A stretch of 64,000 nucleotides of DNA from NCBI RefSeq assembly GCF_009914755.1, contig NC_060928.1. One strand, given 5' to 3'. The notes under the pieces were generated by a model. It did no database searches. It worked only from the letters and a program-made list of their open reading frames with translations, and was not told the origin of the DNA. The position numbers were made by a program, and so were the translations under genes. Positions within the stretch are counted from its first letter, which is position 1, and every line of letters begins with the position of its first letter. Of this stretch, positions 59,171 to 64,000 are shown piece after piece. This DNA is from the human T2T-CHM13v2.0 reference genome, Homo sapiens.

Positions 59171-62003
59171 CCAGCTGGCTAGTAGAGGAAACTGTTTGTT
59201 CAGGCTGCTACCAGACTTCGCTGCCTCTCCTGCATTTGTATTTCTCTTGCACTTTATGTTATTTTCTTATTGACTATCTCATCTGGTAAATGCCAGACAT
59301 TAGGACCAACCTTCCAGACTGGAATACCACACCTGAATTTTTTTTTCCTGGCAAATTGCTATTATTACTTCACTATCCATTTCAAATGCTGTGAGAATTC
59401 CAGCCTCCTTCAAGATCCATTCTTGCTCCATCCGTCCTCCATTGGTATTTTGCTCACATCTCTGTAACAGCATTTACCATGTCATATCTTAATTTATCTT
59501 TCTAAAGATCATATTTTCCTCCTAAAACTGTGAATTCCTCACATATAGACTAGATCTTGTTCAACATCGTTCCCCTAGTGGCCTAGCTTGCTGTTTTCTG
59601 TTTTTCTCTTCTTTTTTTTGCCACCTCTTTACACAAAAGATTTGAGAGTAGGAAAATATTTTTGAAGTGAAATATTTCAACTCAACACCATAATGGTAAT
59701 CAAGAAGCTTGGCAACTATTACAACTGTGTAGGGGCCTTTTTGCATATCAAAGCAACCAGTCTCCTATTTTCTTTTGTCTATCTGTGTACATAAAATGAC
59801 AGTAATTAATTGAGACAGACTGATTCCTCTCACACACTTCCCATATGTTCTTTCTAGTCTACTTTATCCATGTGTCCCGATAGGCCTCTTTTATACAACT
59901 TCCTTTGTGACCCCCAGATTCTGACAACAAGGATCTAATGTTTCCCAGGTGATTTCTCTCTATTGTTCAAAAATCCTATTGCCTTAGGTGCAGTTCTTTC
60001 AATTCCCTCTCCTGATTTTTTAAAAATCTGATTGCCATTTGTGATGAAGGAACACTGTGTGGTGAAGAGATGAAGGAACCTCAGGGTTTGGGCTCTGTTT
60101 GATGGCCTCTTTCATTAAAATGCAGCCCTCTCCCCTTGCTCATATTTAATTCAATAAGATGGATGTAAAACAGGCAATTTTACTCCAGGTGTGAAAATAC
60201 ATTAGTTTCGAAAAAACAGGAGCTGATATTTCAGATCAGTTTGGGGTAGCTTTGCTATTACTATGGACTTGTTACAGGTGTCTTCATGTTTCCATAGCTT
60301 GATGTTAAACTGCTTAGTAAATAACTATACCAAAGCACCAAATTAAATTCATTAGCTTAAAAGCTTAATGCAGTTTCAACTGGTAATTGTACATTTACAG
60401 AGAAAATCATGTGCCTTGTTTTAGAGAAATGAAATTAGAGTTAAGCCAAAATAGATTATTTTAATTACCAACTAAACAGGTTAGAACACTTTTTGAATAA
60501 AATCTAGCAAAACAAAATCAGTCAATAATTTTTAAATGATCTCTTAATTTCATCAGAGTATTACATATTCCTTGATGACTTCCATAGATTTATTTTATGA
60601 TATGCAGAAAACTACATCTGCAGAACCAGAAGCAGAGTGACTTCTTAATGTGATTTTCATTGTCATTGATGGGACAGATTTTTGACAAATCTCATTGTTA
60701 GCTCTGAACAGTTAGAGCAGTTTATTTTCCAGCAGCAAGTAATTCCAACTTGATACAATGGTTAACATGAACATCTAGTTCATGAGCTAAATCTAAACCC
60801 TTAACTGTTAAATTTACTTCACGTAAGGAAAACTTAGGGTCGACCTGCAGCAATTTCTTACGGTAAAGAAAGGGAACTATTGCAATACTTTGAACTCCAG
60901 GTAAGTGAGAGACATAAAATTGATGTCTCTCTGATGTTCCACTTCAAGATAATAATAGATCTATTCTTAAAGAATCGTGTAAAGCTTAACTTTTTGAGCC
61001 ATAGTATCTGTGAAAAGGATACATTTGGAGACCAGTTGTTCGAGGTGCTGATGTGCTGCCCATATGTCTCAATCTGCTGTAATGGGCAACTGAGGCCATA
61101 TAAATACAACACTTTTTTTCCCCTGCAGGCTCTGTGTAATCCTTTCTGTGTCAAAGGCAGACAGGACATCATCCTAAAACTGGTCTCTGCACTTGAACTT
61201 TTTAGCCTCTGCCAATGGCCAGAGTTGTTAATTAGCTATCATAAATTGCCTTCTCTGAGCATTTCCAAATGTTTGCCCCTAGTTTTGCCTATTATGATTG
61301 TGTATCTATTAGGAATATTCCAAGGCAGGAGAATAATCAGTCTTTCTGTACCTTAAAATATAGATGTAGGGATTAGGCAGACTGCGGGAAGGGAAGAGTA
61401 GCACTTTGCCTTCTACCAGGAGAAGCCCTGAGGAGAATTTATCCTTGTATCACGATTATCTTTTCCAGCATTGAAAAGAGGTATTCAAATTCAGTGATAA
61501 CTAAATCAACATCAGGCTCCTACTACGGTTTTTTCCTTCTTACTAGTCTTCTGAGAGGGGTGCTCTCCCTAAGCACCCTGGAGAGTGCTGTCTGCACCCT
61601 TAGAGAAAGGCAACGATGCTTGGAGAGTGTGTTTTGCCATGTGCTGCGAGGTGTGTGTGTGAAAATTCTAATTGACAGCTTTTGTATTTTCATCAACCAT
61701 ACTGCATCCCTTGTAATTTAGCCCAGAAAACTAGGTGGAGGATAAGAAGCCTAATTGTGATCTTGCATGGGGCATCTGAATGTCCAGGATATTGTTAGTT
61801 GCCCTGAAGAATGCTGGAGAATGTTCAGGTCCCCTCTGAAGGAACTTAATAACCTCAATCTCTCCATGAGGGAGACTTATTGGCAAGTGTTCCCTGATGA
61901 GAAACCTGGAGTTAAAATTAAGAAACCTGGCTGCAATTAAAAATTATAAATTTTTAATTGAAATTAAGTGAAAGTGACCAGAAAAAAGAACCAGATATTG
62001 TTT

Positions 62004-62055
62004 ATGTGTGCGTGCGTGTGTGTGTGTGTGCGTGTGTGTGTGAGTGTGCGTGTGT
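62004..62055. repeat. (TG)/(TGCG) microsatellite
   Basis: Direct reading. Confidence 0.94.
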
Positions 62056-62478
62056 TTTAGGAAGGAAGTTACTTAAAGAAGTATTTCTTTCTGTCCTGCA
62101 GAGCTAAAGATTTTTGGTTGCTTCTGATTGACTTGGATGGATTCTTAATGCTATTTCAGGCTGGTGATGCTGGTGGCTAAAATTGATGAAGAAGTGTTTG
62201 TTTAACACCTACAGCCAATTGTGGCTTTTATTTATTCATTCACGTATTTATTAATCATCACCTGTGTTCCACACACTCAGGCTGGCACCTGGATACTCTT
62301 TCAAGAAAAGCTAAGCATTATTTTTGTAATTATTGTGTAATGAGCTAGGCAGCTCACTTTACTTCTCTGGGCTACATGTCAAGAAAACAATTGTTAAAAT
62401 AAGTTCCTCTAATCAAGCCAACACAGCTGGCTTTTGTGGCTGTGGGAGCATTGCCAGAATATCAGAGAAAAGTTGTTA

Positions 62479-62754
62479 CAGGTTGAGAATCCCTAATCCA
62501 AAGATCTGAAATCTGAAATGTTTCAAAATGGAAACTTTTTGAGTGCCAACAAAATTATTTAAAATATTGTATAAAACTACCTTCAGTCTATGTGTATATG
62601 GTGTATATGAAACATAAATGAATTTTATGTTTAGAATTGGGTCTCCTCCCCAAGAAATCTCACGATGTATATGAAAGTATTCCAAAATCCAAAAAAATCT
62701 GAAATCCGAAACACTTCTGGCTGTAAGTGCTTCAGATAAGGGATATTCAACCTG
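62479..62754. mobile_element. Tigger4/MER46-type MITE (TcMar)
   Basis: Terminal inverted repeats CAGGTTGAGAATCCCT ... AGGGATATTCAACCTG, flanked by TA on both sides (62477-62478, 62755-62756). Confidence 0.9.
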
Positions 62755-63621
62755 TACAAAAAATGAGGGTTCACATTACTTGGTGATAAGTTGATAAAAC
62801 TTAATGAAACACGGATTGCCAGACAGAAATCCTTCATCTAGAGCAAGATGTTAATTACCATGGTTGAAGATCAATTCTTTCTAATTTATTTAACAAACTA
62901 CTTTGACTGAATATTAGAATACAAATTATAGAGGAAAACCAAGATATCTCCTTCAGTAATTTCATTGTAACAGAATTGGTACTTATTCATCCATTATTCC
63001 ACAAATGTATTTGAATGACCAATTAATAGTGCTAGAAGCTTGCAGTATAGGAGAGGAAGATGTAAGTGCACTGCAATATCTAAATTCTGAAAAAAAGAAG
63101 CTTTAAAGCTACAGTGCCAGGGAGGCAGGGAGCAGGGTGCAAAAAAAGTCGTAATAAAAGCCAAAGAATAACTCACTAGCAGTAAGATAATAGTCTCAGC
63201 ATCCTCTTAAACACTATGTCTCCTTCCTTTCTTTTTTCCCAGACAGAAAGAAAAGAGACAGGTTTATAGCTGTTACCTTAAACCTGTATTTTTTTTTCTT
63301 CTTCCTTTTTAACTAAGTGGCTTTACTTGACTAAACTCTTAGATAGGTAGAAGGAGAGGCCTCTAGGCTCCAGAAAGAAGAATCAAAGTAAACAGCTTTG
63401 GGAAAAAGAGCTCCTGGGGAAACCTAAAACAACATAAGGGGTAAATGGAGTTTTCTGGATTTAAGTCTGTAAAACTACATTTCACAGCATTTTGCTAAAG
63501 CTTAATTCTGAGTGATGATGCACCCAAATAATTTGCTCAAATGTTTATTCATCTCGTTTTAATCCTGGTTCCTGATAGTTTAAAGAGATTATTAAGCAAA
63601 GTATATGGGAGGCGATTTCAT

Positions 63622-64000
63622 TGTTTAGACCGAGCTCCTACACTGGGCTCCAGCAGACAGTGAAGTCACTCATGCTAGGTGTCATGCACAATTACACTAA
63701 ACTTTGAAACAGGCAAGGTTTCCAGAAATGAGAAGATTCACAGCAACTAAGCAGAAGGGGCTCATTTTACCTGAGCCAGCATGATAGGGAAGCCCCTTCT
63801 GTGTTAACCCTATAAGTAAAGTAACTTTGAAATGACCAATCTGCTTTTGTTCCTTGTTTCTGCTTTCTTCAGCCCTTTTCTGCCTATAAAGCCAAACTAT
63901 AAACCAGAGCACGCCTTCTGTTTTATAGAATGAGATATTGCCCAGTTCTAGAATCACTAATAACAGCTAATTACATCTTAAAACCAAACTTGTTGTAATT
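63622..64000 (+). mobile_element. ERV1-type LTR (MER34/MER39-like), runs off the window end
   Basis: tgtttagaccgagctcctacactggg...; TATA-like cctataaa and CCAAT; resembles recalled consensus. Confidence 0.65.

Noticed and set aside
60839-60850. GTCGACCTGCAG (SalI-PstI, as in the pUC polylinker)
   Set aside because: The match is only 12 bp and the flanks do not continue as vector; chance rather than contamination.
60880-61356. 158-aa ORF in non-repeat DNA
   Set aside because: Starts at TTG, has no recognisable domain, crosses a strong splice donor and has non-coding-like composition.

Overview
AT-rich, repeat-dense primate (almost certainly human) genomic DNA. The + strand carries the complete coding part of CEP44 (centrosomal protein 44): ten GT-AG coding exons from ATG 8962 to TAG 27222 splice into one 1173-nt ORF (390 aa, [17 protein letters not shown]...AELLKCPNHYL). 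There is also a probable 97-nt 5'UTR exon (7806-7902), a ~3 kb 3'UTR and a distal alternative last exon (from 41321) that would give a 399-aa isoform. The promoter and first exon are not in the window. The rest is mostly transposon-derived: a 5'-truncated SVA, a human-specific AluYa5, a truncated AluY, many older Alus, L1PA/L1M fragments, several solo LTRs with target-site duplications (TSDs), a Tigger-type MITE and microsatellites. Almost all ORFs in the supplied track are repeat-derived or chance. I found no new biological system. The best leads are RNA-level features of CEP44 (uORFs, alternative C-termini, a triplicated GGACU/hairpin motif, an Alu-flanked 270-nt stop-free exon pair), the young insertions, and an L1-Alu fusion. 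Repeat family names come from recalled consensus sequences, not a database search; boundaries without a TSD are approximate.
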